A stretch of DNA of 64,000 nt from an uncultured delta proteobacterium (GCA_963713045.1 CAVQKE010000004.1:96001-160000), one strand, 5' to 3'. Shown: positions 45,958-57,678, counted from the stretch's first letter. Program-made: numbers and translations. The notes: generated from the sequence alone by a model not told the origin.

Positions 45958-47850
45958 ATGGCCCTCGAACATCTGCTGAACGTTGGTGACAGCTTCCTCG
46001 CGCCCGAGTCGCTCCGCCGCTCGGCGGTCCCGGAGGACGTGGCAGCAGAGCGCGCCCGAAGCCTGACGGACCCCGACGCCTTCTGGGGTGCCTGGGCGAA
46101 GCGGTTCCGGTGGAGTGAGCCGTGGCGTCAGGTCTTTGACTGGCAGTTTCCAGACCACCGGTGGTTCGTCGGTGGAAAAACCAACGCCGTCGACAATGCC
46201 TTGGACCGCCATGCCGACGGCCCGCGGGGCCAGCACACGGCCCTCATCTGTCTTTCTGAGGACGGTGGGGAACGCCGAGTCAGCTACGCCGAGCTCCGCG
46301 ACATGGTGTCCCGGCTGGCCACTGGCCTGCGCGCGCTCGGCGTTGGGGTGGGTGACCGGGTGCTCATCTACATGCCCCTCACGCTGGAGGGGGTGGTGTC
46401 AATGCTGGCGGTGGCCCGGCTGGGGGCCATTCACTCGGTGGTCTACGCGGGCCTCGGTGTGGGCGCGCTTCGCGACCGAATTGTCGACGCCGGGGCAAAG
46501 GTCCTCATCGCCGGAGACGTTGGCTTCCGGCGCGGAAAGCCGGTGGAGCTTCAAGCGCTGGTGGACGAGGCGATGCGAGGCCTTGGCGTTCAGCGCGTTG
46601 TCTGGTTCCAGCGTCGCGCGGGCCCCGGGCGGCCGCTCAAGGCGAATGAAGTCGACTTCCAAAGCCTGGTGGCCGACCACCGGCCTGAAACGCCGCCGGT
46701 GCAAGTGGACGCCGAGCACCCCCTCTTCATCCTCTACACCTCTGGTTCGACCGGAAAACCCAAGGGCGTGGTGCACGTCCACGGCGGTTACATGGTGGGA
46801 ATCACCTACCACCTCCGGACTTTTTTTGACGTCCACGACGACGACATCTACTGGTCGACCAGCGACATCGGCTGGGTGGTGGGGCATTCCTACATTGTCT
46901 ACGCGCCCCTCTTGGAGGGGGTGACGGCAGTGCTGCGCGAGGGCTCGCTTGACTACCCGGACCCAGGGGTGACCTGGCGGGTGGTGGAGAAGCTCAGGGT
47001 GAATGTCATGTTCACCGCACCGACGGCCATTCGGATGTTTATGAAGTTTGGGGCCGAGCTCCCGGCGCAGGCCAACCTCGCCTCGCTTCGCCTCATCACC
47101 GTGGCCGGTGAGCCGCTCAACCCCGAGGCGTGGCGCTGGGCGTTTGAGCATTTGGTGGCCAACGGCACGCGCGGCTTCATCAGCGACAATTGGTGGCAGA
47201 CCGAGCTCGGCGGCCCGGCGCTTGGCACGCCCACCTCCTTGGCCGCAAAGCCGGGGAGCGTCGGCGTGGCCCTGCCTGGAGTGGATGCGGCGGTCATCGA
47301 CGCCGACGGCCAAGAGGTGCCCGCGGGCAAAGGGGGACTGCTCGCGCTGCGGCGTCCCTTCCCGCACATGATGCGGACGGTGTGGGGAGACCACGCCCGC
47401 TACAAGCAGTACTGGGAGGAGTTCCCCGGCCGGGTGTACGCCGCGGGAGACGTCGCCAGCTGGGACAAAGACGGCTACTTCACGGTGCTTGGCCGCAGCG
47501 ACGACGTGCTCAACGTCGCCGGCCATCGCATCGGCAGCGCAGACGTGGAAAGTGCGCTGGTGAGCCACCCGGCGGTGGCCGAGGCGGCCGTCATCGGGGT
47601 GCCGGACCCCATCAAAGGCGAGGCGATTTCGGCCTTCGTCATCCTGCGGGCAGGCCGCAAGGACAGCCCCGAGCTGCGCGCGCAGCTGGTGGAGCACGTT
47701 CGGCATGAATTGGGTCCCATCGCGACGCCCCAAGCCATCGAGGTGCGCGAGCGGCTACCCAAAACGCGGAGCGGAAAAATTATGCGGCGGCTGCTCCGCG
47801 CCGAGGCACTGGGACTCGAGAAGGGCGATACTTCCACCCTGGAGGAGTGA
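45958..47850 (+). CDS. acs: Acetyl-CoA synthetase (AMP-forming)
   Basis: [51 protein letters not shown] 45958 follows a GGAGG SD. Confidence 0.93.
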   Translation: MALEHLLNVGDSFLAPESLRRSAVPEDVAAERARSLTDPDAFWGAWAKRFRWSEPWRQVFDWQFPDHRWFVGGKTNAVDNALDRHADGPRGQHTALICLSEDGGERRVSYAELRDMVSRLATGLRALGVGVGDRVLIYMPLTLEGVVSMLAVARLGAIHSVVYAGLGVGALRDRIVDAGAKVLIAGDVGFRRGKPVELQALVDEAMRGLGVQRVVWFQRRAGPGRPLKANEVDFQSLVADHRPETPPVQVDAEHPLFILYTSGSTGKPKGVVHVHGGYMVGITYHLRTFFDVHDDDIYWSTSDIGWVVGHSYIVYAPLLEGVTAVLREGSLDYPDPGVTWRVVEKLRVNVMFTAPTAIRMFMKFGAELPAQANLASLRLITVAGEPLNPEAWRWAFEHLVANGTRGFISDNWWQTELGGPALGTPTSLAAKPGSVGVALPGVDAAVIDADGQEVPAGKGGLLALRRPFPHMMRTVWGDHARYKQYWEEFPGRVYAAGDVASWDKDGYFTVLGRSDDVLNVAGHRIGSADVESALVSHPAVAEAAVIGVPDPIKGEAISAFVILRAGRKDSPELRAQLVEHVRHELGPIATPQAIEVRERLPKTRSGKIMRRLLRAEALGLEKGDTSTLEE

Positions 47851-49202
47851 TGGGCCGACGGCTGTTCGGGACGGATGGGGTGCGTGGCACGGCCAACGTG
47901 TGGCCGATGACGGCCGAGGTGGCAATGCAGCTCGGCCGGGCGCTGGCCTACCTCATCCGCAACGGCACCCACCGGAACCGCGTCGTCATCGGTAAGGACA
48001 CTCGTCTGTCGGGCTACATGCTGGAGCAGGCCCTGGCCGCTGGAATTACCTCGATGGGCGTGGACGTCGACTTGGTGGGGCCGCTGCCCACGCCCGGCAT
48101 CGCCAACATCACCACCTCAATGCGGGCCGAGGCAGGAGCCGTCATTTCGGCCTCACACAACCCCTACCAGGACAACGGCATCAAGTTCTTCTGGCGGGAC
48201 GGCTTCAAACTGCCCGACGACGCCGAGGCGCGCCTCGAAGAACTGATGGACAGCCAGCACGTCGAGCAGATTCGGCCCACCGCGGACAAGGTGGGGCGGG
48301 CCTTCCGGCTGGATGACGCCCGGGGCCGCTACATTGTCTTTCTCAAGAATACGTTTCCCCGTGAACTGACCCTGGAAGGCCTCACCATCGTCGTGGACTG
48401 CGCCAACGGTGCGGCGTACCGGACGGCGCCGGAGACCCTGCGCGAACTGGGAGCAACCGTCATCCCGTTGGGCTGCGAGCCGAACGGCCTCAACATCAAC
48501 GAGGGCTGCGGGGCGCTTTACCCCGACGCCGTGGCGCGCACGGTGGTCGAGCGAGGCGCGCACGTCGGCCTGGCGCTGGATGGAGACGGCGACCGTCTGG
48601 TGGTGGTGGACGAGCGCGGACAAGTCGTCGACGGCGACGCGGTGCTTGCGCTGTGCGCAGGACAGCTGGCCGAACGTGGCGCCCTTCCCACCAAGACGCT
48701 GGTGACGACGGTGATGTCCAGTCGTGGCCTGGACCGCGCGGTGGCCCAATGGGGGCTGAAAGTCGTTCGGACCCAGGTCGGCGACCGCTATGTGGTGGAG
48801 GAGATGCGCCGCGGGGGCCATGCCTTTGGCGGCGAGCAGTCCGGCCACCTGGTGTTTCTCGACTACGCCACCACCGGGGACGGGACCTTGGCCGCGCTCC
48901 AGGTGCTGGCCATGCTGTGCCGCAAAAGGCGTCCCTTCTCGGAGTTGACGAGGGTCTTTGAGCCGGTCCCACAGACGCTTTTGAGTTGCGGGGTCCGCGA
49001 GCGTCGGCCGCTGGAGCAGCTTCCGGAGGTGCAGCGCGCCATCCGGGGAGCCGAGGACAGCCTCGGTGAGGAGGGCCGGGTGCTGGTCCGCTTCTCCGGG
49101 ACCGAGGCCAAGGTCCGAATTCTGGTGGAGGGACCGGACCGCGAACGCAATGACGCGCATGCCAAGGAAATCGCTCACGCCCTCTCCACGGTGCTCGGCT
49201 AG
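47847..49202 (+). CDS. glmM: Phosphoglucosamine mutase
   Basis: [42 protein letters not shown]. Confidence 0.96.
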   Translation: MMGRRLFGTDGVRGTANVWPMTAEVAMQLGRALAYLIRNGTHRNRVVIGKDTRLSGYMLEQALAAGITSMGVDVDLVGPLPTPGIANITTSMRAEAGAVISASHNPYQDNGIKFFWRDGFKLPDDAEARLEELMDSQHVEQIRPTADKVGRAFRLDDARGRYIVFLKNTFPRELTLEGLTIVVDCANGAAYRTAPETLRELGATVIPLGCEPNGLNINEGCGALYPDAVARTVVERGAHVGLALDGDGDRLVVVDERGQVVDGDAVLALCAGQLAERGALPTKTLVTTVMSSRGLDRAVAQWGLKVVRTQVGDRYVVEEMRRGGHAFGGEQSGHLVFLDYATTGDGTLAALQVLAMLCRKRRPFSELTRVFEPVPQTLLSCGVRERRPLEQLPEVQRAIRGAEDSLGEEGRVLVRFSGTEAKVRILVEGPDRERNDAHAKEIAHALSTVLG

Positions 49203-49211
49203 AAGGACCTC

Positions 49212-49934
49212 ATGGGACCGCGCCTCGGTGTCAACGTCGACCATGTGGCCACGCTGCGCCAGGCTCGGCGGGCCACCTACCCGGACCCCGTGACAGCCGC
49301 TGCCATCGCCGAGATGGCAGGCGCACACCAAATTACCATCCACCTTCGCGAGGACCGCCGCCACATCCAAGACAGGGACTTGCGCCTGCTGCGGGACACT
49401 TGCCAGACGGCGCTCAACCTCGAGATGGCCGCCACCCAGGAAATGGTGAAGGTGGCCTATGAAGTGAAGCCGGACTTGGTGACGCTGGTACCCGAGCGCC
49501 GCGAGGAGCTCACCACCGAGGGTGGGCTGGACGTGGCCTCCCAGCGGGAGTCGCTGGCGCAGCTGACCCGCCACCTACGGGATGGTGAGATTGAGGTCTC
49601 CCTCTTCATCGACCCCGAGTTGGACCAGATTCGCGCTGCGCACAAGGTGGACGCCGACCGGGTGGAGCTGCACACCGGACGCTATTGTGAGGCCCGCAAC
49701 GCTGGCGAGCGCCAGCGCGAGTTGGAGCGTCTGGTCGACGCGGCCAAAGCCGCCACCAAGTTGGGGATGGGTTGCGCTGCAGGCCACGGCCTCAACTATG
49801 AGAATGTTCAAGCGGTGGTGGCCATCCCCGAAATCGACGAGCTCAACATTGGTCACGCGATTGTCGCCAGGGCGGTGCTGGTGGGCCTGGACCGAGCAGT
49901 GCGAGACATGTTGAAGCTGATGCGGAGGACGTAG
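49212..49934 (+). CDS. pdxJ: Pyridoxine 5'-phosphate synthase
   Basis: [45 protein letters not shown]. Confidence 0.97.
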   Translation: MGPRLGVNVDHVATLRQARRATYPDPVTAAAIAEMAGAHQITIHLREDRRHIQDRDLRLLRDTCQTALNLEMAATQEMVKVAYEVKPDLVTLVPERREELTTEGGLDVASQRESLAQLTRHLRDGEIEVSLFIDPELDQIRAAHKVDADRVELHTGRYCEARNAGERQRELERLVDAAKAATKLGMGCAAGHGLNYENVQAVVAIPEIDELNIGHAIVARAVLVGLDRAVRDMLKLMRRT

Positions 49935-49983
49935 CCCCTGGGGGCATCCCCCGGGGGGAGTGGCTGGACGGGAGGGGACGCCG

Positions 49984-51495
49984 GTGAAGCCGTTGCTCAC
50001 TGCCGAGGAGATGCGCGGCCGCGAGGCTGAGGCGGAGCGAGCGGGCGTCTCGGCACGCGAATTGATGGAGCGAGCCGGGCGAGCGCTGGCCGACGAAGCG
50101 CTGCGTCTGGCCGCGCCGGAGGGGCGCTTCGCCGTCCTGTGCGGCCCCGGTAACAACGGGGGCGACGGGCTGGTGGCCGCCCGACACCTGGCGCTCGCCG
50201 GGCGGCAGGTGGCGGTGGTGCTGTTGGCTGAGCCGAGCGCCCTCAAGGCCGAAAGCCAGGCCAACCTCGAGGCCCTGACGGCGATGGGCGGCTCGCTGGC
50301 GGGAGGTCTTCAGGACTTCACGCCGAGGCGCGGCGACCTGGCGGTGGACGCACTGCTCGGCACGGGCCTCAACCGCGCGCCGGAAGGCGCGCTGGCGGAC
50401 GCCATTCACTCCTTGTGGAAGTGGCGCGCGGTGGGGGTGCGCGTGCTGGCCGCGGACATCCCCTCTGGGCTGGCCAGTGACACCGGAGTGCCGTTTCGAC
50501 CGGCCGTGCAAGCGGATGCGACGGTGGCCTTCGGCGCCCTCAAGGTGGGGGAAGCCCTCGAGCCCGGCGCCTCGCTGTGCGGCGACGTGTCGGTCGCCGA
50601 CATCGGCCTGGCGCCGGAGGATTCGCCCGTCATGCTGCTGGAGGAGGAGGACGCGCGAGGCTGGCTTCCGGAGCGCCGCCCGGACTCGCACAAGGGCACC
50701 TATGGACACCTCCTGGTCATTGCCGGCAGCCGAGGCAAAAGCGGCGCGGCGGCGCTGGCCGGGTTGGCCGCGCTGCGCAGCGGGGTGGGCCTGTGCACCG
50801 TGGCCACCCCCGACGATGCGCTGTCGGACGTCCTGACGCATGCGCCCGAGTTGATGGGCGTCGGCCTGGACGATGAGAAGCCTCTCGGCCCAATGCACCT
50901 CGAGCGGCTGTTGGAGGTGGCCGAGGGCAAGGACGTCCTTCTCTTGGGTCCCGGCATCGCGCGGGGGAAGAAGACGCACCAGCTGATTGCCGAGCTGTTG
51001 GAACGCTTCCCCGGTCCGGTGGTGCTCGACGCTGACGGGTTGAATGCCCTCAGCGGCCGGTTGGACGTGCTGCGCTCTGCCCAAGGACCGCTGGTGCTGA
51101 CTCCACACCCGGGGGAAATGGCCCGACTGTCTGGACTCTCGGTGGCCGAAATTCAGGCCGACCGGGTGACGGTGGCCCGCGACTTCGCGCGGGCCCACCG
51201 GGTGGTGCTTGTGCTGAAAGGGGCGCGGACGGTGGTGGCCCTCCCGGACGGGCGGGCGCGGGTGAACCCCACCGGCAACCCGGGCATGGCCACCGGCGGA
51301 GCAGGCGATGTCCTGTCCGGGGTGTGCGGGGCGCTTTTGGCGCAAGGCCTGGCGCCGGCCGATGCAGCCAGCGTGGCCGTTTATGCCCACGGCTTGGCCG
51401 GAGACTTGGAAGAGGAGTGGCGGGGGCAGCTCGGGCTGGTGGCCTCGGACCTCCTGTCTGGGCTGACGTCGGTGTGGGCACGATGGAACCGCTGA
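49984..51495 (+). CDS. nnr: Bifunctional NAD(P)H-hydrate epimerase/dehydratase (NnrE-NnrD)
   Basis: CGPGNNGGDG, DALLGTG, DIPSG, HKGTYG, LDADGL, TPHPGE, MATGGAGDVL. Confidence 0.95.
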   Translation: MKPLLTAEEMRGREAEAERAGVSARELMERAGRALADEALRLAAPEGRFAVLCGPGNNGGDGLVAARHLALAGRQVAVVLLAEPSALKAESQANLEALTAMGGSLAGGLQDFTPRRGDLAVDALLGTGLNRAPEGALADAIHSLWKWRAVGVRVLAADIPSGLASDTGVPFRPAVQADATVAFGALKVGEALEPGASLCGDVSVADIGLAPEDSPVMLLEEEDARGWLPERRPDSHKGTYGHLLVIAGSRGKSGAAALAGLAALRSGVGLCTVATPDDALSDVLTHAPELMGVGLDDEKPLGPMHLERLLEVAEGKDVLLLGPGIARGKKTHQLIAELLERFPGPVVLDADGLNALSGRLDVLRSAQGPLVLTPHPGEMARLSGLSVAEIQADRVTVARDFARAHRVVLVLKGARTVVALPDGRARVNPTGNPGMATGGAGDVLSGVCGALLAQGLAPADAASVAVYAHGLAGDLEEEWRGQLGLVASDLLSGLTSVWARWNR

Positions 51496-51992
51496 CGGTT
51501 TCCATCACGACGCACACCGCCCAGAGGACCCGGCAGCTTGGAGAGGCGCTGGGGAGACTTCTTCAGCCTGGCGACTTCGTGGCCCTGTTGGGAGAGCTCG
51601 GCACGGGGAAGACAGAGTTTGCGCGCGGCTTGGCCGAGGGCTGTGGGGTAGCGCCGGAGGTTGTGGCCAGCCCAACCTTTGCCCTTCTCCATCTCTACCA
51701 AGGGCGCATCCCGCTGATACACGCCGACTTGTTTCGCTTGGCCTCCGAGGAGGACCTCTTTGGGACGGGCTATTATGAATTGCGGGATTCGGACTCGGCA
51801 GCCGTCGTCGTGGAATGGGCGGACCGCATTTCCACGGCGGTCCCTGAGGACGCGCTCCGGATTCACTTCACCTCGGGGCCGGCCGAGGGCGACCGCCGTC
51901 TCACCGCCACCGGCACCGGGGCGGTGTCCCGGCAGCGCCTTCGGGACTGGGCCAGGAGCGGCCCCCTGGCCCGGGTGAAAGACCGACGCTAG
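51483..51992 (+). CDS. tsaE: tRNA t6A biosynthesis ATPase TsaE
   Basis: GELGTGKT, SPTF, HADLFRL, VEWA. Confidence 0.93.
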   Translation: MEPLTVSITTHTAQRTRQLGEALGRLLQPGDFVALLGELGTGKTEFARGLAEGCGVAPEVVASPTFALLHLYQGRIPLIHADLFRLASEEDLFGTGYYELRDSDSAAVVVEWADRISTAVPEDALRIHFTSGPAEGDRRLTATGTGAVSRQRLRDWARSGPLARVKDRR

Positions 51993-53449
51993 CTTCCGGT
52001 TGCCATTCGCTGGGCTTCGGAGCGAACGAAGGCGTAGTTGCCGTTGAGGGAATTGAAGTTGGCCACCGCCTGGGCGGCGGTCCGGGCGCCCTGGGTGTCG
52101 CCCTTGCCTTGCAGGGCGAGCGCGGTGAAATAAAGGACTTGCGGGTTTTGCGCGCTGGACTGCGCCAACTCGGCCAGCGCCACGTCGTACTGGCGCTGCG
52201 CCAGGGCAATCATCCCCAACAGCTCATGCACCTGCCGCACCTCAAACGGGATGCGCCGGACCTCCACCTGCGTCTGGTAGCTGTGGGCCTGCGCCTGTGC
52301 AGTGACCAAGTCCCCTCGCTTCAGCGCCACCCGCGCCGTGTCGAACAGGTTGTTTCTGCGGTTGGCCTCTTTCACCTCGGCCGGCACCGACGCCTTGTTC
52401 ATCAGCGTGATTTCCTCGGCAAAGGCGGCCGTGGCGCCGTCGAGCTGCTCGGCATGGAGCAGAATATTGCCGAGCAGCATCGCATCGCCGGACTGTGCGG
52501 CGAAGTCTCCAGACTTCTGGGCAATGGCCCGTTGCTCGGCCACGGTGCGTACCGCGTCCTGGGTGTCGCCTTCCAGGACGTAGGACCGGCCAATCCAAAA
52601 CAGCGCGATTCGGCGCTCGCCATCATTCCGCGCCACGCCGTACATCTTCCGAAGCGTCTTGCGCGCTTCGTCGCCCTTGCTTTGGAACATCTGGTCGTTG
52701 GCAATCCCCACCATCGAAGCGGTGAAGTGCGGGTCCACCTTGAGCGCCTTGCGGTAGCTGGCGATGGAGTCGTCGAAGCGCCCCATCTTCATCAACAGCT
52801 CGCCGTAGGAGTCGTAGGGGTTGGGGTCGCCGGGAAGCAATTCAATGTACTTCTGGAAGGTCTTCTCAGCCTCCGGGTACTTGCCCTGAAAGCGGTAGGC
52901 GTAACCCAGTTGGTTGTAAGGGGGCGTGAAGTTGGGAGAAATTGCGGTGGCCTGGGTGAGGTACTTGATGGCCATTGGGTAGTCTTGGTTTCCGAAATAG
53001 AAGACCCCGAGCAAGGTGAGGGCCCGCTCGTCGTTGGGGTAGGTCTCCGCCAATTCGGTCAGCTTCTTGCGCTGACCGTCGTTGTCTCCTTTGACGCCGG
53101 CGTTCAACGCCTCAATCATCAACCGCTCACCGACCGACACCTTGTCGCTGAGCGCGACGGCCTTGCGCAAGGCGGCGAAAAATTCCAGGTTGGCGTTGGC
53201 CGAATTGGCCATGCCGTAGTAGGCGAGGGCGAAGGAGGGGTCTTTGGCCGCCGCCTTCTCGAAGAGAGCGTAGGCCTCCACCCCCCGAAGCTTTTCATTG
53301 GCATCGCGGCCCTTCAGGTACAGCTGCCGTGCCTCTTCGAAGCTGGTGGTGATGGGGATTTTGCCCTGGCTTGGGGCGGCCAGGGCAACCAGGGGGACAG
53401 CAAGACACAGACTGAACGCTGACGCGGACCAGCTTCTTCTTTGGCACAT
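51989..53449 (-). CDS. Exported tetratricopeptide-repeat protein
   Basis: Signal peptide, EARQLYLKG, DPSFALAY, and multiple TPRs (PYNQLGYAY, NPYDSYGELL). Confidence 0.85.
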   Translation of the reverse strand: MCQRRSWSASAFSLCLAVPLVALAAPSQGKIPITTSFEEARQLYLKGRDANEKLRGVEAYALFEKAAAKDPSFALAYYGMANSANANLEFFAALRKAVALSDKVSVGERLMIEALNAGVKGDNDGQRKKLTELAETYPNDERALTLLGVFYFGNQDYPMAIKYLTQATAISPNFTPPYNQLGYAYRFQGKYPEAEKTFQKYIELLPGDPNPYDSYGELLMKMGRFDDSIASYRKALKVDPHFTASMVGIANDQMFQSKGDEARKTLRKMYGVARNDGERRIALFWIGRSYVLEGDTQDAVRTVAEQRAIAQKSGDFAAQSGDAMLLGNILLHAEQLDGATAAFAEEITLMNKASVPAEVKEANRRNNLFDTARVALKRGDLVTAQAQAHSYQTQVEVRRIPFEVRQVHELLGMIALAQRQYDVALAELAQSSAQNPQVLYFTALALQGKGDTQGARTAAQAVANFNSLNGNYAFVRSEAQRMATGS

Positions 53450-53575
53450 GTGGGCTCCTCCGCACGGCGTTATGGAGGATGCTCAAAGCCATTGCGGGCG
53501 AACGGCGGCGTTGCAGCGAGCGGTGCAGCTGCCGCCGCCAATGGGGGACGCCCCCCAGGGCTCTCGGACAGTTGG

Positions 53576-54400
53576 CTAGGGGCGGCTGGTGAGCAGTGCT
53601 GGCACGGTGGCCGCAAAGAAGCGGACGGCCGAGTCGACCCCCACCACGCCCTCATCTGGCACTTCGAGCCAGGCATCCGCCGCGCTCAACTCCTCGCTGG
53701 CCACCTGAAATTCGTGCAGACGCTGCGCAGCGTCCGGCCAGTCGGGCAATGGCTGCCCGGACACTGTCACCGCGGACATCCACAGGCTTCGGCCGCGACG
53801 GGTGGCCACCATCAGCTCGCCGTCGGTCACCAGGAAGTTGAGCGCGCTGGGCGGCTTCCCGGGGCGGTCGGCAATCTTGGCGACGCTGTCCATGGTGTCG
53901 GCCAGCGCCCAGGCCACCAGCTCCACCGGCGGGTGCGCATCCTCTTTGACGCGGGAGAAGAGACGCGAGAGAAACATCGCGAAGCACCGCTCTGAGTCGG
54001 TGGTTCCCACCAAGCGCTTGCGGTACTTGGGCAGCACCTCATTCTCCAGCTTGATACGGGCGATGCCGTAGTCCGAGATGGTGCCGTTGTGACAGAAGGT
54101 CCACCGCCCGTGGACGAAAGGATGGACGTTCTTCGGGTCCACTTCGCCCACCGAGGCGAGTCGCACATGGGCCATCAACGCGCGGGCTTGAAGAAGGCCG
54201 CTGACTCGCTCGAATTCTGGGTCCAGGTGCGCTGGCCCGAGGCCGTGCGCGACCTCGGGCAGGGCGCCCTTCACGTAGGCGGCAATTCCCCAACCGTCCG
54301 GATGCTCGACCGACTGGCGGCGGAGCGAGTTCCGTTCAGACACCAGCGGGGCATGGACTGGCTCGTGTGCCGAGCACCGAAAGCCATAAAGGCGACACAT
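53576..54400 (-). CDS. Class II glutamine amidotransferase / Ntn hydrolase (YafJ/EgtC-like)
   Basis: N-terminal MCRL nucleophile, HPDGWG, AHVRLAS, HPF, HNG, TDSE, ASEEL. Confidence 0.88.
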   Translation of the reverse strand: MCRLYGFRCSAHEPVHAPLVSERNSLRRQSVEHPDGWGIAAYVKGALPEVAHGLGPAHLDPEFERVSGLLQARALMAHVRLASVGEVDPKNVHPFVHGRWTFCHNGTISDYGIARIKLENEVLPKYRKRLVGTTDSERCFAMFLSRLFSRVKEDAHPPVELVAWALADTMDSVAKIADRPGKPPSALNFLVTDGELMVATRRGRSLWMSAVTVSGQPLPDWPDAAQRLHEFQVASEELSAADAWLEVPDEGVVGVDSAVRFFAATVPALLTSRP

Positions 54401-54599
54401 GGAGTTCTGACTGTCTACACCGTCCTGCCCACGCCCCGCGCGGGTGTCTCGGTCGACTCACTGCAAAGATGAAATGCAATTACCCTCTCCGACGTTATAG
54501 CGGGCATGGGTGTTCTGTCCCTCCGGTGGTCGGAAGGCAGAGCGGGAAAGCCCTGACCCCGGGACCGCCCTTGGATGGGGCGGCACCCCGGGGCCTGCA

Positions 54600-55889
54600 T
54601 CAAGCGCAGCTGGCCGCGTCCGTCGCCCGCAGCACGACGCGCCCAGCCTTCACCACCGCGCGCGCATGCCGCACCCCCAGGTGGGCGCTGAGGTGTGCCA
54701 CCTCTCGGCAGCCGAGGACCAGGAGGTCCGCTGGCCCTCCCACCCGCAGCCGGCCAATGTCGGCCCGTCCGAGGGCCTGCGCCCCCCAGCGCGTCACGCC
54801 GAGAAGGGCTTCGTCCGGGGTGAGGCCGTTCAGGAGACAGGCCAGGCCAAGGCTGAGGCTGAGGTTTTCGGTGGGGGCCGAACCTGGGTTGACGTTGCTG
54901 GCCAGGGCCACCGGGACGCCGGCCTCGCGCAGGGCCTTTCCTGGCGCGTAGGTTGGCCGACGCAGCACCAGCGTGGCGACCGGCATCAGCACCGCCGTCA
55001 CCCCACTGCGCGCCAGCGCCATGATGCCCTCTGGGGAGACGCATTCCAGGTGGTCGGCACTGACGGCACCCAGTTCCGCTGCCAATTCGGCCCCGCGGCC
55101 AGCCGACAGCTGGTCCACGTGCAGGCGGGGTCGCAGGCCCAGTGCCCGCGCCTCGGTGAAAAAGGAGCGAGCCTCGTCCGCCGTAAAGGCGCCCTTCTCG
55201 ACGAAGGCATCGGCAAATTCGGCCAAACCCTCGCCCGCCACCGCCTCCAGCGTGCGCCTGCCCAGGGCGAGGTAGCCGGCGCGGTCATTCGCCCATTCTG
55301 GCGGAAGCGCGTGTAACCAGAGGAAGGTGGGCACCAGCGTCACTGGCTGGAGCGAACCCAACCGCCGGACGACGCGAAGCAGCTTCAGCTCGTCCTTGAA
55401 GGTGAGCCCATAGCCACTCTTCACCTCCAGCGTGGTGACTCCATGGGCCAGGAGCCGCTTCAGCCGGGGCAGGGCCAGTCGAATCAGTGCATCCTCGTCC
55501 TTGGCGCGGGTGGCGAAGACGGTGGAGATGATGCCACCGCCGGCGCGGGTAATGCCCACCGCGTCGACATCCAAAGCGCGAAGTGCGAACTCCTCGGAGC
55601 GGTCCCCGGCGTAGACGACGTGGCTATGGGAGTCGACGAAGCCGGGCACCACCAGGCCGCCTTCGGCGTCGAGAAGCTCCGTCCCCCGCGTCACCAGGCC
55701 CTGGGGCAGTGCCGTCTCCGGCCCTATCCACGCCACCGCCGCGCCGCGGATGCCGATGGCATCGCCGGTGCGCGCCGCCAGCGTCATGCCTGCATCGGGA
55801 CTGTCCGGCCCATCGGCGGTGAGCACCGCCGACGCCCCGCGGACGAGGAGAGTGAAGGGAAGGCCGTCGGCCGACTGAAGGGTGTCCAT
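54600..55889 (-). CDS. hutI: Imidazolonepropionase
   Basis: PGFVDSHSH, GGGIISTV, EVKSGYG, HVDQL, SADHLE, NPGS. Confidence 0.92.
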   Translation of the reverse strand: MDTLQSADGLPFTLLVRGASAVLTADGPDSPDAGMTLAARTGDAIGIRGAAVAWIGPETALPQGLVTRGTELLDAEGGLVVPGFVDSHSHVVYAGDRSEEFALRALDVDAVGITRAGGGIISTVFATRAKDEDALIRLALPRLKRLLAHGVTTLEVKSGYGLTFKDELKLLRVVRRLGSLQPVTLVPTFLWLHALPPEWANDRAGYLALGRRTLEAVAGEGLAEFADAFVEKGAFTADEARSFFTEARALGLRPRLHVDQLSAGRGAELAAELGAVSADHLECVSPEGIMALARSGVTAVLMPVATLVLRRPTYAPGKALREAGVPVALASNVNPGSAPTENLSLSLGLACLLNGLTPDEALLGVTRWGAQALGRADIGRLRVGGPADLLVLGCREVAHLSAHLGVRHARAVVKAGRVVLRATDAASCA

Positions 55890-55899
55890 GGCGGGCCTC

Positions 55900-57564
55900 T
55901 CAGGGGGAGAAACGGCCCGGAAGCTTCACTCCGCGTTCCTCGGCGACGGCGATGCTGCGCGCGTAGCCGGCGTCGGCATGTCGGAGAACGCCGATTGCCG
56001 GGTCCGACTTCAACACCCGTTCGATGCGGCGTGCGGCGGCCTCGGTGCCGTCGGCGACGATGACTTGCCCGGCGTGCAGCGAATAGCCAATCCCCACGCC
56101 CCCGCCGTTGTGGATGCTGACCCAGGAAGCCCCATTGACGGCGTTCACCAGGGCGTTGAGGAGGGGCCAGTCCGCCACCGCGTCACTGCCGTCGGCCATT
56201 GCCTCCGTCTCCCGGTGGGGCGAGGCCACCGAGCCGCAGTCCAGGTGGTCGCGGCCGATGACGATGGGGGCTTTCACTTCCCCGCTGCGCACCAAGGCGT
56301 TGAAGGCCAGCCCGGCGCGGTGACGCTCGCCGTAGCCGAGCCAGCAAATGCGTGCCGGAAGGCCCTGGAAGGCGACGCGCTCGGCGGCAAGGGTAATCCA
56401 CCGCTTGAGTGCTGGCTTGTCCGGAAACAGCTCGAGAATCGCGCGGTCCGTCCGGTGGATGTCAGCCGGGTCGCCAGAGAGTGCCACCCAACGAAACGGA
56501 CCGGAACCCTCGCAGAAGAGGGGGCGAATGTAGGCCGGAACGAAGCCGGGGAAGCTGAAGGCGTCCTCCACACCCGCCAGTTGAGCGCCGGCGCGGAGGT
56601 TGTTCCCGTAGTCGAAGACGTGGCAGCCGGCGCGTTGAAAGTCGAGCATCGAGCGAACCTGAACGCCCATCGACGCGCGCGCCCGCCGGACGTATTCGTC
56701 CGGGTCGCGGACCCGTAAGCTCGATGCCTGCTCGAGCGTCAAGCCCTGCGGGATGTAGCCGTTGAGGGCGTCGTGCGCCGAGGTCTGGTCGGTCACCAGG
56801 TCTGGACGGACGCCCCGCCGGTACAGTTCAGGGTAGACGTCGGCCGTGTTTCCGATGATGGCGATACTTTTGGGCTGCCGCTGGGCGCACGCCGACTTGG
56901 CCAGCTGGAGCGCTTCGTCCACGTCTTTGGCCACCACGTCCAGGTAGCGCGTCTCGACCCGACGCTGTGCACGGGCGGCGTCCACTTCCACACCGAGGAA
57001 AACGGCGTTGCACAGGGTGGCGGCCAGCGGCTGGGCACCCCCCATGCCGCCGAGGCCGCCGGACAGCACCAGTCGCCCGGACAGGTCGTCAGAGGCAAAG
57101 TGCGTTCGGCCGGCCTGGGCGAACGTTTCGTAGGTGCCTTGAAGAATTCCTTGCGTGCCGATGTAAATCCACGAGCCAGCCGTCATCTGCCCGTACATCA
57201 TCAGCCCCTTGTCCTCGAGGTCTCGGAAGACTTCCCAGGTGGACCAGCGACCGACGAGGTTGGAGTTGGCAAGAAGCACCCGGGGCGCGTCGGCGTGCGT
57301 CTGCAGCACGCCGACCGGCTTCCCCGACTGGACCAGCAGGGTTTCCTCGTCACCAAGCGTCCGCAGCGTCGACACGATTTGGTCGAACGCCTCCCAGTTA
57401 CGCGCGGCCTTGCCGGTGCCGCCGTACACCACCAGGTCGGCCGGCCTCTCCGCGACGTCGGGGTCCAGGTTGTTCATTAACATGCGGAGGGCGGCTTCCT
57501 GCACCCAGCCCTGGCAGGACTTCGTGGCACCGCGCGGGGCGCGGACGACGCGTGGCTGTGACAT
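55900..57564 (-). CDS. hutU: Urocanate hydratase
   Basis: [53 protein letters not shown] 57564 follows a GAGG SD. Confidence 0.97.
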   Translation of the reverse strand: MSQPRVVRAPRGATKSCQGWVQEAALRMLMNNLDPDVAERPADLVVYGGTGKAARNWEAFDQIVSTLRTLGDEETLLVQSGKPVGVLQTHADAPRVLLANSNLVGRWSTWEVFRDLEDKGLMMYGQMTAGSWIYIGTQGILQGTYETFAQAGRTHFASDDLSGRLVLSGGLGGMGGAQPLAATLCNAVFLGVEVDAARAQRRVETRYLDVVAKDVDEALQLAKSACAQRQPKSIAIIGNTADVYPELYRRGVRPDLVTDQTSAHDALNGYIPQGLTLEQASSLRVRDPDEYVRRARASMGVQVRSMLDFQRAGCHVFDYGNNLRAGAQLAGVEDAFSFPGFVPAYIRPLFCEGSGPFRWVALSGDPADIHRTDRAILELFPDKPALKRWITLAAERVAFQGLPARICWLGYGERHRAGLAFNALVRSGEVKAPIVIGRDHLDCGSVASPHRETEAMADGSDAVADWPLLNALVNAVNGASWVSIHNGGGVGIGYSLHAGQVIVADGTEAAARRIERVLKSDPAIGVLRHADAGYARSIAVAEERGVKLPGRFSP

Positions 57565-57643
57565 GGCGCACCTCTCGTACGACGCAGTCCCCCCTTGACT
57601 CAAGGCCCTCGGGCTGTGACGGGTCCCCTCGCCTGGGGAGGGT

Positions 57644-57673
57644 TTGACAGCGCGTGCCCCATGGTTAATTAGT
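57644..57673 (+). promoter_or_regulatory. Candidate sigma70-type promoter for grpE-htrA
   Basis: TTGACA (57644-57649) and an AT-rich TTAATTAGT (57665-57673) just before an SD-less GTG; possibly leaderless. Confidence 0.4.
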
Positions 57674-57678
57674 GCTCC

